Origin: Spirochaetales bacterium | GTDB taxonomy: Bacteria; Spirochaetota; Spirochaetia; JABEVK01 | Length of the DNA stretch: 64,000 nucleotides | Direction: 5' to 3' | Assembly: GCA_037142615.1 (NCBI GenBank) | Contig: JBAXAI010000010.1 | Location: 32,001 to 96,000 of the forward strand | Shown: positions 28,662 through 39,423 of the stretch, in pieces | Position numbering within the stretch: the first letter of the stretch is position 1 | Layout of the letters: the number at the start of each line of letters is the position of its first letter | Notes under the pieces: model-generated | The model's database searches: none | Seen by the model: the letters and a program-made list of their open reading frames with translations, nothing else | Told to the model about the DNA's origin: nothing | Translations under genes and position numbers: made by a program

Positions 28662-29954
28662 CTACTTCTCCAGCTTGAACGCCACCACGAGCTCGTCGAC
28701 CTGCTCCTTGTTGATGGCCACCAGAGGCCCCAACTCCTGCGCGGCGATAAGGGCCTGCGCGCTGTAGTCGGCCACCTCAAGGCGGTCGAAGGCGTTCAGC
28801 AGGCTCGTGCCGGCCACCATGAGGCAGTCGTTTTCGAGGAGGACGATCGGGGTGCGGCTGGTGAGCGTTTTCACGATGCTCTCGGGGTCGGTGAAGTTGG
28901 TGCCGTAGGGCAACTTGGGAACTTCGCGCAGCAAAATGTAGCTTTCGGGGATGGTACGGCTGTCGAAGCTGGCCTCGGTGACGGCGAACACCAGCGCCGA
29001 CGGCGGGTGCGCGATGATCACCGACGCGATGTCGGGATGAGCTTCGTACAGGCGCTGGTGCAAACTCACCGACCGGCTGGGGGTTTTGCCGGCCTCGGCA
29101 CGGCCGTTTTCGATGCGCACCAGGTCGCTGGGCTCCAGGTACTTGCGGTCAACTCCATACGGGGTAATGACAAAGCTATTGCCCTCGAGCCGCTGGCTGA
29201 AGGTGCCCTGCGTGCTCGAAACCAGTCGCTGGTCGTACGAGCGGTGAATCAGGGCACACAGGTCGCGGCGGGCGGCGCGTTCGGCGCTGTTCACGGGGCC
29301 GGGCACGAACGTCGGCAAAGGTGGTTGTCGCTTGCGGGCGGTGAGCGTCACCTGCTCGGGCGCCAGCGTTCGGATCTTGCCCATGCGGCGGGCCGAGATT
29401 TCGAGCCGGGCACAGAAGTCGAGCGTTTCGAAGGCCATGAACGCCTGAAACAGGTCGAGCGCGCCGATTACAATGCCATGGTTTTCGAGCAGCACGGTGT
29501 TCAGGCCGCGCGAGAACACCTCAGCGATGGTGTCGCCCAGCAGCTTGCTTCCCGGCAGGGCGTAGGCCGCGTACTCGATCTGCCCGCACAGATCGTGCAC
29601 GTGCGGAATCAGGAAGGTCTGCGGAACTTGGCGCACGATGCTGAAGGCCACCAGGGCCGGCGGATGCGCGTGCAGCACCGACTTCAGGTCGGGCCTCCGG
29701 TCGTACACGGTTTTGTGAAACGGGAACTCGCTCGAGGGCTTGTGAGGGCCGATCACGGTGCCGTCGGGTTGCACGCGCACGATGTCGCCCCGCGTGAGCG
29801 AACCTTTGTCGATGCCGCCGGGGGTGATCCAGATGTCGCCGTTGTCGTCTTTGATCGACAGGTTACCGCCCGAGGTCGTCGTCATGCCATACGCGTAAAT
29901 GCGCTGCATGATGAGGACGATCTGGTCGGCCGGGTGAAGCAGGTCAAATTGCAT
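28662..29954 (-). CDS. Class II aldolase with two tandem domains (rhamnulose/fuculose-1-P aldolase candidate)
   Basis: Domain 1: GGNLS, PSSEFPFH, HAH, LENHG. Domain 2 has degenerate equivalents. Confidence 0.85.
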   Translation of the reverse strand: MQFDLLHPADQIVLIMQRIYAYGMTTTSGGNLSIKDDNGDIWITPGGIDKGSLTRGDIVRVQPDGTVIGPHKPSSEFPFHKTVYDRRPDLKSVLHAHPPALVAFSIVRQVPQTFLIPHVHDLCGQIEYAAYALPGSKLLGDTIAEVFSRGLNTVLLENHGIVIGALDLFQAFMAFETLDFCARLEISARRMGKIRTLAPEQVTLTARKRQPPLPTFVPGPVNSAERAARRDLCALIHRSYDQRLVSSTQGTFSQRLEGNSFVITPYGVDRKYLEPSDLVRIENGRAEAGKTPSRSVSLHQRLYEAHPDIASVIIAHPPSALVFAVTEASFDSRTIPESYILLREVPKLPYGTNFTDPESIVKTLTSRTPIVLLENDCLMVAGTSLLNAFDRLEVADYSAQALIAAQELGPLVAINKEQVDELVVAFKLEK

Positions 29955-29971
29955 CGGGTCCCCCTTGGACG

Positions 29972-31243
29972 CTATCGCTTGGAAAGCACCTCGCTCTCGT
30001 ATTTGTCGCTGACGTTGATCCAGCTGGCTCCCGTGGGCACGCTGGCGTCGAGGCACAATTTATCCCACACGGCGCTCAGAGGCAGGTTTTTCAGTTCTTC
30101 CATCAAGGCCAAGCGGGCACCAAAACGGCCGGCGGCTTCTTCGTCCTTGAGGAGGGCCGAAGGTTCGAGCAGGGCGCTGAGCATGGCTTTGCGGGCGGCG
30201 CGGGCGCCGATGGTCCAGGCCATGATGCGGTTGATGCTGGCGTCGAAAAAGTCGAGCCCGACGGCGACGCGGTTCCAGGCTCCGGCCCGCTGGATTTCGG
30301 TGAACACGGCCTGCACGTCGTCGTTGTACGTCACCACGTGGTCACTGTCCCAACGCAGGCCGCGGCTGACGTGCAGCAGTAACCCGGGAACGAAGGGCAG
30401 CATGCCGGGGATTTTGTCGGCGATGGTTTCGGTGGGGTGAAAGTGCCCCATGTCGAGCGTCAGGGCCATTTTGTTCTGCACCGCGTAGCCCATGTAGAAC
30501 TCGTGGCTGCCCACGACGTAGGCCTCGCTGCCGATGCCGAAGAGCTTGCATTCCACGGCGTCGAGCAGTTGGCTGGCGGGGAACTTTTCGGCGAACATCG
30601 CGTCGAGCGAGTCCTTGAGGCGCAGGCGTGGGCTCAGGCGGTCGGCCGGCAGGTCTTTGGTGCCATCGGGGATCCAGACGTTGTTCGACGCGGGCGCTCC
30701 GGTGGCCTTGCCCATGGCGGCGGCGATGCGGCGGCTCTGGATGCCGTGGCGGATCCAAAACTCGCGGGTAGCCTTGTCGGCGGCCGACAGCGTGCCGTGG
30801 TCGGCCTTGGGGTGGCTGAAAAAGCTGGGGTTGAAGTCAAGGCCGAGCTTGGCCTTTTGCGCCCAGGCGATCCAGTTGGCAAAGTGCTCGGGGCCCAGCT
30901 CGTCGCGGGCGATCTTTTTGCCGTTGGTTTCGGCGTACAGCGCGTGGACGCTGATCTTCTTGGCGCCGGGGATGAGGCTGGAAGCCAGCGCGAGGTCGGC
31001 GCGCAGCTGCTCGGCATTGCGGGCCTTGCCGGGGTAGTTGCCGGTGGCCAAAATGCCACCCGTGAGCGCCTGGTCGGCGTTTTCGAACCCGGTGACGTCG
31101 TCACCCTGCCAGCAATGCAGGCTCAGCGGTACAGCCGAGGCCTGCGCGACGGCACCGTCGGTATCGACTCCGAGCAGGGCAAAGGCCTGCTTGGCGGCGG
31201 CATAGTTGGCGTTGACTTGGTCTTTCGAAAGGGACTTGTACAT
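29972..31243 (-). CDS. rhaA: L-rhamnose isomerase
   Basis: SLHCWQGDDVTGFE, TGNYPG, WIPDG, ECKLFGIGSEAYVVGSHEFY, HFHPTE, RWDSDHV, DASINR. Confidence 0.97.
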   Translation of the reverse strand: MYKSLSKDQVNANYAAAKQAFALLGVDTDGAVAQASAVPLSLHCWQGDDVTGFENADQALTGGILATGNYPGKARNAEQLRADLALASSLIPGAKKISVHALYAETNGKKIARDELGPEHFANWIAWAQKAKLGLDFNPSFFSHPKADHGTLSAADKATREFWIRHGIQSRRIAAAMGKATGAPASNNVWIPDGTKDLPADRLSPRLRLKDSLDAMFAEKFPASQLLDAVECKLFGIGSEAYVVGSHEFYMGYAVQNKMALTLDMGHFHPTETIADKIPGMLPFVPGLLLHVSRGLRWDSDHVVTYNDDVQAVFTEIQRAGAWNRVAVGLDFFDASINRIMAWTIGARAARKAMLSALLEPSALLKDEEAAGRFGARLALMEELKNLPLSAVWDKLCLDASVPTGASWINVSDKYESEVLSKR

Positions 31244-31264
31244 GGGGAACTCCTTGTTTGAAAA

Positions 31265-32398
31265 CTACTTGCTACTAACCGAACTTCTGAACGCTTCGAC
31301 TTCCCAGCTGACGATAAAATCGATGGCGGGCTTGGTCATAAAAAGGGGGCCGCCGAAAGAGGGGCTGGCCACGGCGATCTGAACGGCGTCGAGGAGCAGT
31401 TGTTGGGCCTGCCCAGCGGCCTTGGCGTTGGGGCCGAGGCAAAACCCGCCCAAGCCTTTGGCCAGCACGGCTCGCGGGGCTTTGCCGTACTTTTGTTTGT
31501 AGTCGGCAAAGGCGCGCGGAAGCTCGCCCACCGCATCGACCCGCACGGGTGACACCCCCATATAAACGATGTGGTCGGGGGTAAAGGCCGACGACAGCGG
31601 CCCAAACGCCGCTTCGCTTTCGGCCAGCGCCAGCACCGACTTGGCCGTTGACCGGGCGACAAACGCCACCTCGGTGCCGAGTTCTTGCCTCGCCAAGGGG
31701 GCCAGGGCCTGCAAAAAGGCGATTTCGGCCAAGGCGTCAACGCCGGCGGGGGTCAGGTCGGCCTTGAACTTGAGCTCGCGTTCCAGATCGGCCAGCAATG
31801 TGCGGTAGGTATCGCGGATCTCGGCAGGCGAATTGCCGGCCACCACAAGGCCGTGGTTCTGCAAAAAGATCACCGAAGGCGCCTTCCCGTGGGCCTTTTG
31901 GTAGGCCTCGAGGGCATCCTTGACGACCTTGGACAGCACGTAGCCCGGGTCGACGAGCGGGATCCACACCGCCACGGCACCAAACAGACGGTCGAACGCC
32001 GCCTTGCCGTTTTGCCCGCAGGTGAGCGCGTTGACGAGGGTCGGGTGCGTGTGCACCACGTAGGTGAAAGGCAGCATGTCGTGCAGCAGGGTCTCGACGC
32101 TGGGGCGTTTAGCCTCTTCGCCGGGCAACCGCGCGGCCATCAGGCACTCGAGCACCTGCTTTTCGCGCAAAGCCGTGTCGGCCGAAAAACTTTGGGTCCA
32201 CAGCGCGGCCAGCGCGGCGCGGTCCATTTTCACAAAGCCTTGTTCGCCGATGGTGCCAAGCGCCTGGCCCGAGCCCTTGACCCATAGCGTGGTCTTGGTC
32301 TTGTACGAGGTGTTGCCGCCACCAGCGATCACGTACTCGGTCCGGGTGCCGTAGTGATTCGAGAGGGCGATCAGGCCCTCGAGTTCTTGACTCATCAT
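31265..32398 (-). CDS. Class II aldolase, stand-alone RhaE-type domain (no fused SDR)
   Basis: GGGNTSYK, VKGSG, RPSVETLLH, VHTHP, LQNHGL, TPDH, WEVE. Confidence 0.85.
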   Translation of the reverse strand: MMSQELEGLIALSNHYGTRTEYVIAGGGNTSYKTKTTLWVKGSGQALGTIGEQGFVKMDRAALAALWTQSFSADTALREKQVLECLMAARLPGEEAKRPSVETLLHDMLPFTYVVHTHPTLVNALTCGQNGKAAFDRLFGAVAVWIPLVDPGYVLSKVVKDALEAYQKAHGKAPSVIFLQNHGLVVAGNSPAEIRDTYRTLLADLERELKFKADLTPAGVDALAEIAFLQALAPLARQELGTEVAFVARSTAKSVLALAESEAAFGPLSSAFTPDHIVYMGVSPVRVDAVGELPRAFADYKQKYGKAPRAVLAKGLGGFCLGPNAKAAGQAQQLLLDAVQIAVASPSFGGPLFMTKPAIDFIVSWEVEAFRSSVSSK

Positions 32399-32404
32399 GC
32401 GCTC

Positions 32405-32463
32405 ATGCTAAGCCCACTCGCCCCGGACGGCCATGGACATTCCTCACGAAGCTCATGCACTTT
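32405..32463 (-). promoter_or_regulatory. AraC-activated promoter of the aldolase-rhaA operon
   Basis: AAAGTGCATG-N12-AATGTCCATG-N21-TAGCAT-N6-ATG; first box identical to the second rhaB box. Confidence 0.75.
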
Positions 32464-32484
32464 TGTGCGAGCCATTGGTGGGGC

Positions 32485-32515
32485 AAAAAAAAGGGCCGCC
32501 CCGAAGGACGGCCCC
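32485..32515 (-). terminator. Intrinsic terminator of the second sugar ABC operon
   Basis: GGGCCGTCC-TTCG-GGGCGGCCC followed by T8 on the minus strand. Confidence 0.9.
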
Positions 32516-32537
32516 AAAGTGTCAGCTCAGCTTCGAA

Positions 32538-33476
32538 TCAATCGTACAGCAGGGGAGCCAGGTCGGGCGAGTCGATGTTGGTCTTGTCGTACCACTTGAA
32601 GCCGGTGTCGGTGACCTTGGGAAGGTAAACACCCTTGACGGCCATGAAGGCGGACATCACGGTCTTGTAGCCCATGCCCACGGGGTCTTGGGTAATGGCG
32701 CCGTACTCAGCACCGGAGCGGATCGCATCTTTCTGCTGCTTGCCAGCGTCGTAACCGATGACGATGACCTTGGTGCGCTTCATTTCCTTGACGCCGTTGA
32801 GCACGCCGATGATGGAGCCTTCGTTGGCACCAAAGAAGCCCTTCAGGTTGGGGTAGGCCTGGAGAATCGACTTGGCGATGTCGGTCGACTTCAGCTGGTC
32901 ACCACCACCGTACTGAACCGAAACAACCTTGATGTTGGGGTACTTCTTCATGCCCAGCAGGAACCCGTCGCGGCGGTCGATACCGGTGCGGCTGGTCTGG
33001 TCATGCACGATCACGGCGACTTCACCAGCGTTGCCGATGGCCTTGGCCATCATGTCGGCGGCGAGGCCGGCGGCGGCGATGTTGTCGGTGGTACAGGTGG
33101 TCAACGGAATGTCGGAATCGACACCGGAGTCAAACGCGATCACGGGAATACCGGCGGCCTGGGCCTTCTTCAGCAAGGGAATGGCGGCCTTGCTGTCGAC
33201 TGCGGCGAAACCAATGGCGGTAGGCTTCTTGGCAATGGCGGCGGCGAGCTGGTCCATTTGCTTGTCAACCATGGCTTCCGTCTCGGGGCCTTCGAAGGTG
33301 ATGGTGATGCCCAAGTCCTTGCCGGCTCTTTCGGCGCCGAGTTGGACAGCCTTCCAGAACTGGTGCTGGAATCCCTTCGAAACCAAGGGAACGTACATCG
33401 TCTCGGCGCTGACAACCGCGCTGGACAGAACCAAGGACAGGATGGTCAGAATCGTGAACAATTTCTTGCTCTTCAT
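32538..33476 (-). CDS. Monosaccharide ABC transporter substrate-binding protein
   Basis: Signal peptide; KGFQHQFWKAV, TTDN, RRDGF, ANEGS, QDPVGMGY. Confidence 0.9.
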   Translation of the reverse strand: MKSKKLFTILTILSLVLSSAVVSAETMYVPLVSKGFQHQFWKAVQLGAERAGKDLGITITFEGPETEAMVDKQMDQLAAAIAKKPTAIGFAAVDSKAAIPLLKKAQAAGIPVIAFDSGVDSDIPLTTCTTDNIAAAGLAADMMAKAIGNAGEVAVIVHDQTSRTGIDRRDGFLLGMKKYPNIKVVSVQYGGGDQLKSTDIAKSILQAYPNLKGFFGANEGSIIGVLNGVKEMKRTKVIVIGYDAGKQQKDAIRSGAEYGAITQDPVGMGYKTVMSAFMAVKGVYLPKVTDTGFKWYDKTNIDSPDLAPLLYD

Positions 33477-33546
33477 ACAAATACCTCCAAACTATTTCCC
33501 CCCTCCATACGGAAGGGTTTGAACACAACTTGAACGCGGTGGCGAA

Positions 33547-34551
33547 CTACTTTCGCCGCCGAAGGATATCGGCGTACACCGCGAAGATGACGATGAGCCC
33601 CGTCACCGTGATCTGCCATTCCTGCGGCACCGACAGGATGCGCAGCCCGTTGATGAGCACGCTCATGATGAACGCGCCGATCACGGTGCCCAGAATGGTT
33701 CCCTCTCCACCGGCCAGCGACACGCCGCCGATGACGGCCGCCGCGATGGCGTCGAGCTCATAGCCCTGGCCCAGGGCCGGCTGGGCCGAGTTCAGCCGCG
33801 ACGAGATGAGGATGCCCGCCACACCGACGATGGCACCGGCCAAGGTGTAGATGCCGATCTTCCAGCGGTCCACGTTGACACCCGAGAGCCGCACGGCTTC
33901 CTCGTTGCTGCCCAGGGCGAAGGTGTAGCGGCCCAGAGCCGTCTTGTTCAGGATGAAGCCAGCGACCAAGGCCACGCCGAAAAAGATCAGCACCGCGTTG
34001 GGAATAACCAGATTGGGCACGAAGGCACTGAGGTCGATCACGGAGCCCATGGAAATCCAGTTGTACTCTTCCGTGTCGTTGAAATAGATGGGCTTGGTGC
34101 CCGAGATGACCAGTGAGAGCCCCTTGGCGACGAGCATCATGCCCAGCGTGGCGATGAAGGGAGGGATTTTGAGCTTGGCGATGAGCACGCCGTTGAGGGC
34201 ACCCACCAGCGAGCCGATAACTAGACCCGCGATCACGCCCAGCCAGACAGGCAGGCCCAGGTAGGTGATGATCACTCCGACCATGACGGCGCAGAAGGTC
34301 ATCACGGTACCGATCGATAGGTCGATGCCGCTGGTGATGATGACAAAAGTGACCCCGATTCCCAGCACGCCGGCGACGGCAGTGGACAGCATGATGGAGA
34401 TCAGGTTCTCGGTCTGGAAGAAGTTGGGCGAGGCAAACGAAAAGATGATCAACATCGCCACGAGGCTGGCAAAGGCCAGAATCTTCTGCGTGGCGTTGGC
34501 ACCGTAGGTCACGGGTTTCTTGGTACTAAGCGGGGTCGGTGTCTGTGACAT
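33547..34551 (-). CDS. Monosaccharide ABC permease
   Basis: [35 protein letters not shown]. Confidence 0.92.
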   Translation of the reverse strand: MSQTPTPLSTKKPVTYGANATQKILAFASLVAMLIIFSFASPNFFQTENLISIMLSTAVAGVLGIGVTFVIITSGIDLSIGTVMTFCAVMVGVIITYLGLPVWLGVIAGLVIGSLVGALNGVLIAKLKIPPFIATLGMMLVAKGLSLVISGTKPIYFNDTEEYNWISMGSVIDLSAFVPNLVIPNAVLIFFGVALVAGFILNKTALGRYTFALGSNEEAVRLSGVNVDRWKIGIYTLAGAIVGVAGILISSRLNSAQPALGQGYELDAIAAAVIGGVSLAGGEGTILGTVIGAFIMSVLINGLRILSVPQEWQITVTGLIVIFAVYADILRRRK

Positions 34552-34564
34552 GGAAAATCCTTTC

Positions 34565-36094
34565 TTAACTCGAAATCGTTTCTCGCGCCGTGGCGAGCTT
34601 CATGATGTTTTCTTGGGTAATCTCGGAACCCGAGAGCTCGCCAGTGATCCGGCCTTCGCACATGACCAACACGCGGTGGCACAAGCGCACCACTTCCGGC
34701 AGTTCCGACGAAATCAAAATCAGCGTCTTGCCGTCTTCGACCAGCTTGTTGAGCAGTTTGTAGATTTCAAACTTGGCCCCCACGTCGATGCCCCGGGTGG
34801 GTTCGTCAAAAATCAGCACTTCGCTGTCGCGGACAATCCATTTGGCGATAATGACCTTCTGCTGGTTGCCGCCGGAAAGGAACTTCACCGTCTGCGAAAG
34901 GCTGGGGGTCTTGATGGCCAGCGAGTCCACGTACTGGGCCCCGATTCGCGAAGTCTCTTTGTTCTTGATCAAACCGGCCCAGTTGCAGAACCGTCCCAGG
35001 CTGGCAAGCACGATGTTGGTCTCCACATCCATGCCGACGGCCAAACCAAAGCGCTTGCGGTCTTCTGAAAGGTAACCGATGCCGTGGCCCACGGCGTCCT
35101 GCGGCTGCTTGATGGTGACCTTTTTGCCCTTGACGAAGATCTCGCCGGTTTCGAAGGGGTCAGCGCCAAACACGGCCCGGGCGACTTCGGTGCGGCCGGC
35201 GCCCATGAGGCCGGCAAAGCCCAGAATCTCGCCCTTGCGGACCTGGAAGTTCACGTTCTTGATGGCGCGGCCGCGATTGAGGTTTTTTACCTCGAGCAGA
35301 ATCTTGTCGCTGGCGATTTTGGACTCGGGCCTTACCATTTCGTCGAGTTGGCGGCCCACCATCATGTTGATAATCTGCTCAAGCTCGACGTCGGCGGCCC
35401 GCACGGTGTCGATGTAGGTGCCGTCGCGCATGACGGTGACGCGGTCGCTGATCTTCTTGATTTCGTCCATGCGGTGGCTGATGTACACAATGGCCACGCC
35501 GGTGGACTTGAGCTGGCGGATGATGCGGAACAGCTCCTCGATCTCTTTGTCGTTGAGGGCGGCGGTAGGCTCATCCATGATCAGCAGGTGCGAGTCGTGG
35601 CTCAAGGCCTTCACGATCTCGATCATCTGCTGCTTGGCGACCACCAGGTCCATCACCCTCACCCGGGGGTCAAGGTCGATCTTGATCTGGTCAAACAGCT
35701 TCTGGGTCTTGGCGTTGAGGGTCTTCTCATCGAGCACCATGCCACCCCACATGCGGGGCTCGCGGCCGATGAAAATGTTCTGCGCGGCCGTCAGGTGCTG
35801 CATCAGGTTGAGTTCCTGATGGATGATGCCGATGCCGAGTTTTTGGGCGGCGCGGGGGCTGGAACTGTCGATGGACTTGCCCTCGAAGGTGATCGTTCCC
35901 GAGTCCTTGGTGTACACGCCAGCGAGGATCTTCATCAGCGTCGACTTGCCGGCCCCGTTTTCACCGAGCAGGGCATGAACCTCGCCCCGGCGCACATCAA
36001 ACCTGACGTTGTTGAGGGCCAACACACCGGGGAAAGATTTGTGGATGCCTTCCATGCGCAGCAAAACATCGTCGTTGGTCGCAGAATCACTCAT
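34565..36094 (-). CDS. Monosaccharide ABC ATP-binding protein
   Basis: [33 protein letters not shown]. Confidence 0.93.
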   Translation of the reverse strand: MSDSATNDDVLLRMEGIHKSFPGVLALNNVRFDVRRGEVHALLGENGAGKSTLMKILAGVYTKDSGTITFEGKSIDSSSPRAAQKLGIGIIHQELNLMQHLTAAQNIFIGREPRMWGGMVLDEKTLNAKTQKLFDQIKIDLDPRVRVMDLVVAKQQMIEIVKALSHDSHLLIMDEPTAALNDKEIEELFRIIRQLKSTGVAIVYISHRMDEIKKISDRVTVMRDGTYIDTVRAADVELEQIINMMVGRQLDEMVRPESKIASDKILLEVKNLNRGRAIKNVNFQVRKGEILGFAGLMGAGRTEVARAVFGADPFETGEIFVKGKKVTIKQPQDAVGHGIGYLSEDRKRFGLAVGMDVETNIVLASLGRFCNWAGLIKNKETSRIGAQYVDSLAIKTPSLSQTVKFLSGGNQQKVIIAKWIVRDSEVLIFDEPTRGIDVGAKFEIYKLLNKLVEDGKTLILISSELPEVVRLCHRVLVMCEGRITGELSGSEITQENIMKLATARETISS

Positions 36095-36132
36095 GGGCTC
36101 ATCGTGGGGCCGTTCCCGGAATCCGCAAATCC

Positions 36133-36163
36133 AAAATCCGGCACAGAGTGTTTAAAATCCGGC
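36133..36163. promoter_or_regulatory. Perfect 10-bp direct repeat (AAAATCCGGC, period 21), probable YesN-type regulator site
   Basis: Copies at 36133 and 36154, between the divergent ABC and two-component operons. Confidence 0.65.
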
Positions 36164-36196
36164 GCGCGGGAACCCCATGCTATACTTCACGATGCC

Positions 36197-37708
36197 ATGA
36201 GCGATACCACCTACACTGTTCTGATGGTCGATGACGAGGAACTGATCCGCCGCGGCTTCCAGGCGAAAGTCCCTTGGACAGACTTGGGCTTCGAGTTTTG
36301 GGAGCCTTGCGTCGATGGTCGCCAAGCCCTCGCCACGTTCGCCAACCGCCGCCCCGATGTTCTGATCACCGACATCAACATGCCTCATGTAGACGGTCTG
36401 GAACTCTGCCGCCTGGTCAACACGCAGTACCCGGAGGTTCTGCTGGTCGTGTTGTCGGGCTTCGACGACTTCGAGTACGCCCGCACAGCCCTTCGCTACC
36501 GGGTGTGGGACTACATCCTCAAGCCCTTGAACGTGGAAGACCTGAAGCTTTTTCTGGGCAGGCTCCGGGGTGAACTTGAAGCCCGGCGCACCGCCGCCCG
36601 CGCGGGTACCGAAGCCTTGGGCCTGCATCTGCTCCGGGGTTCGGTTCCCGAGACCCTGTTGCCGGAAGCCTACCGGAGGCTGGGCGAAACGTTCGCCGAC
36701 CGGGTGTGGGCCTGTTGCCACCTGGAAACCTCGTGGGGAGGCGATCTGGCCGCGCTGTCGGGCGTCCCTGGCGAGGAGGCGCCGGTGGTCGTGGGCCTCG
36801 AAGCCCCACCGCACGGCGTCTTTCGCCGCTGGAAGCTTTTGTATCACGCCACCGACGCCGCAGCGGCCAAGCGCGTGGCCTACTTCGGATCGCGCCGCCT
36901 GGTTCAGGAGTTGCGCCGCCAGACAGAATGGGCCGTGGCCGCGCTGGCTCCCGCAGTGAAGGGCATCGCCAACCTGCCTGCGGCCTCGCACGAAGCCGAG
37001 GAAGGGCTGGTGTTGCGCTTTGTGCTCGACGACGAAGTGTACCAGCCCTCGTCGGTCGACAAGTCGGTCCCCGTGGGCCTGGATGCGTTTCCGGACTCGT
37101 TCCGCACCGCGCTGACCTCGGTGTCGATGGACGATCTGGGGTTGCTCGTGTCGCGCTTCGAGTCGGCCCTGCGTCGCGCGCCGGCCTCGCCCCGACGCCT
37201 GTCGGACGAACTTCAGGCTGTGTTCACCACGGTGGCCGATTTGCATCCTTCGCCCGAGGAAGTCGATGATCTTCGCTCATCCTCGCTGGCCCGCGACACC
37301 AGCGACCTGTGCCGCCGTCTGGAAACCCTGTGCCGCCGCGTCAAACAGCGCTTGGACCTGGAAAGCTCACCCTTGGCCGACCAAAAGGTGAGGGAGTTTC
37401 AGGCCCTTCTGGACCGCCGCTTTGCCGAACCGCAACTGGGCATCGACGAGGTCAGCCGTGAGCTGGCGTTGAGCCCGAGCTACCTCACCAAATTGCTGCG
37501 CAAAAAGCTGGGGCGAAGTTTTCTGGACTGCCTGACCGAGGCGCGGATGAACTCGGCCCGCCACCTGCTGGCTTCCACCAACATGATGACGTACGAAATT
37601 GCCGAAAAGTCGGGCTTTTCCGACTCGCGCTACTTCAGTTCGGCGTTCAAGAAGAACAACGGCAACACTCCCTCGGAGTTTCGCGCCAAGCGCAGGGAGA
37701 ACCGATGA
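36197..37708 (+). CDS. YesN-type response regulator (REC + AraC HTH)
   Basis: VDDE, ITDINMP, SGFDDFEYA, YILKP; C-terminal YEIAEKSGFSDSRYFS. Confidence 0.92.
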   Translation: MSDTTYTVLMVDDEELIRRGFQAKVPWTDLGFEFWEPCVDGRQALATFANRRPDVLITDINMPHVDGLELCRLVNTQYPEVLLVVLSGFDDFEYARTALRYRVWDYILKPLNVEDLKLFLGRLRGELEARRTAARAGTEALGLHLLRGSVPETLLPEAYRRLGETFADRVWACCHLETSWGGDLAALSGVPGEEAPVVVGLEAPPHGVFRRWKLLYHATDAAAAKRVAYFGSRRLVQELRRQTEWAVAALAPAVKGIANLPAASHEAEEGLVLRFVLDDEVYQPSSVDKSVPVGLDAFPDSFRTALTSVSMDDLGLLVSRFESALRRAPASPRRLSDELQAVFTTVADLHPSPEEVDDLRSSSLARDTSDLCRRLETLCRRVKQRLDLESSPLADQKVREFQALLDRRFAEPQLGIDEVSRELALSPSYLTKLLRKKLGRSFLDCLTEARMNSARHLLASTNMMTYEIAEKSGFSDSRYFSSAFKKNNGNTPSEFRAKRRENR

Positions 37709-39423
37709 AGCCCCGCAGCATCCGGACGAGTTTGATCCTGTCGTTCACGCTGGTGGTGGTGCTCAGCATTCTCATTCTGGGACTGTCGTCGGGCCTGGTG
37801 TTTCAGAAGAATCTGCTCGACAACAACCAGTCGTCGACCCTGCAGCTGGTCGGTCAGCTCAACCGCGTTCTCGACGGCTACATCGGCTACATGGAAGACC
37901 TGGTGCTGGTGGCGTCGGGAAACAGCGATGTGAGGGCTTACCTGGAAAGCCCGGCGGAAGACCCGGTGCTGCGCGCACGGGTTTCGGTGTTTCTGAAGAA
38001 CCTGCGGACGGTGCGACGCGACATCGACTCGGTGTTCGTGGTCCGGTCCCCCAACGAAATCCTCACCTCGGAGGCCAACGTCGGCCTCAACCCCTTTTTG
38101 GACCAGCGGCAGCTGGAGTGGTACCTCCCCTACCTCAAGACGAACTCGAGCATCGCGGTCTCGTCAGCACGGGTCGAGAACCTGCTGGCTGACCGCTACA
38201 CCTGGGTGGTGTCGCTGGCGCGCCCGTCGCCCGACCAGAAGATCGTTCAGGTCGACCTCAACTACGCTGTCATCCGCGACCTGTGCAAGGCCCTGCAACT
38301 CGGGCGCACGGGCTACGTCTATATCGTGAACTCCAACGGCGACCTCGTGTACCACCCGCGCCAGCAACTGGTATATTCCAAAATCCGCGAAGAAAAGACC
38401 TCCGAAGTGCTGGCCATGAAAAATGGCACGCTCACCACCCAGGTGGGCGACCGCACGGTGGTGTACACGGCGGCCACCTCGACGCACACGGGCTGGACGG
38501 TAGTGGGCGTCTCGTTTCTAGATGAGGTGTTTTCATCGAGCCGCGACGTGTTTACCACCACCTCGCTGATTGCCCTGGGGAGTCTGCTCGTGGCGATCCT
38601 GCTGGCGTGGCTGGTGTCGCGGCGCATTTCGGCGCCCATCGAGGAACTGCGGCGGTCGATGCAAAAAATCGAAACCGGCGACTTTGACATCGAAATCTCG
38701 GTGCAGGCCGACAACGAACTGACGCAGTTGGCGAATGACTGCAACCTGGCGATCAAGACCATCCGCGAGCTCATGCTCGACAACGAGCGGGAGCAGGAAA
38801 ACAAACGCCGCCAGGACCTGTTGTTGTTGCAGTCGCAGATCAACCCCCACTTTCTGTACAACACCCTCGACTCCATCGTGTGGATGTGCGAAATGGAAGA
38901 CGGCCCGGGGGCCATCAAGATGACCACGGCGCTGGCCAAGTTCTTCCGTTTGGGCATCAGCCGGGGTTCCGACATCCTGACACTCAAGGACGAGGCGGGG
39001 CACGTGGAGTCGTACCTGCAGATCCAAAAGATGCGCTACGGCGACAAGTTCGAGTACAGCATCAAAATCGACGACGGCATCCGCGAGGCGCTGATGTTGC
39101 GCCTGTTGCTGCAGCCGTTGGTGGAAAACGCCCTGTACCACGGCATCAAACCCAAGGAAGGGCCCGGTCGCATCGAAGTGTTGGGCCACCGTGAAGGGGC
39201 CAATCTGATGCTGACCATCCGCGACGACGGGGTGGGAATGAGCTCGGTAGCCCTGGAACGCCTGCAGAATCCCGGCAGCCAAGTCCACATCGGCCTGGAA
39301 AACGTGCAGGAACGCATCCGCATCTTTTACGGCACCGAAGGGGGGCTCGAGGTGAACAGCACGCCGGGCAAGGGCACGGAAGTCCGCCTTACCCTGCCCT
39401 TTTTGACCACGGAGTTGTCATGA
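37705..39423 (+). CDS. YesM-type sensor histidine kinase (dCache, HAMP)
   Basis: Two TM helices, LQSQINPHFLYNTL, LQPLVENALYHG, DDGVG. Confidence 0.93.
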   Translation: MKPRSIRTSLILSFTLVVVLSILILGLSSGLVFQKNLLDNNQSSTLQLVGQLNRVLDGYIGYMEDLVLVASGNSDVRAYLESPAEDPVLRARVSVFLKNLRTVRRDIDSVFVVRSPNEILTSEANVGLNPFLDQRQLEWYLPYLKTNSSIAVSSARVENLLADRYTWVVSLARPSPDQKIVQVDLNYAVIRDLCKALQLGRTGYVYIVNSNGDLVYHPRQQLVYSKIREEKTSEVLAMKNGTLTTQVGDRTVVYTAATSTHTGWTVVGVSFLDEVFSSSRDVFTTTSLIALGSLLVAILLAWLVSRRISAPIEELRRSMQKIETGDFDIEISVQADNELTQLANDCNLAIKTIRELMLDNEREQENKRRQDLLLLQSQINPHFLYNTLDSIVWMCEMEDGPGAIKMTTALAKFFRLGISRGSDILTLKDEAGHVESYLQIQKMRYGDKFEYSIKIDDGIREALMLRLLLQPLVENALYHGIKPKEGPGRIEVLGHREGANLMLTIRDDGVGMSSVALERLQNPGSQVHIGLENVQERIRIFYGTEGGLEVNSTPGKGTEVRLTLPFLTTELS

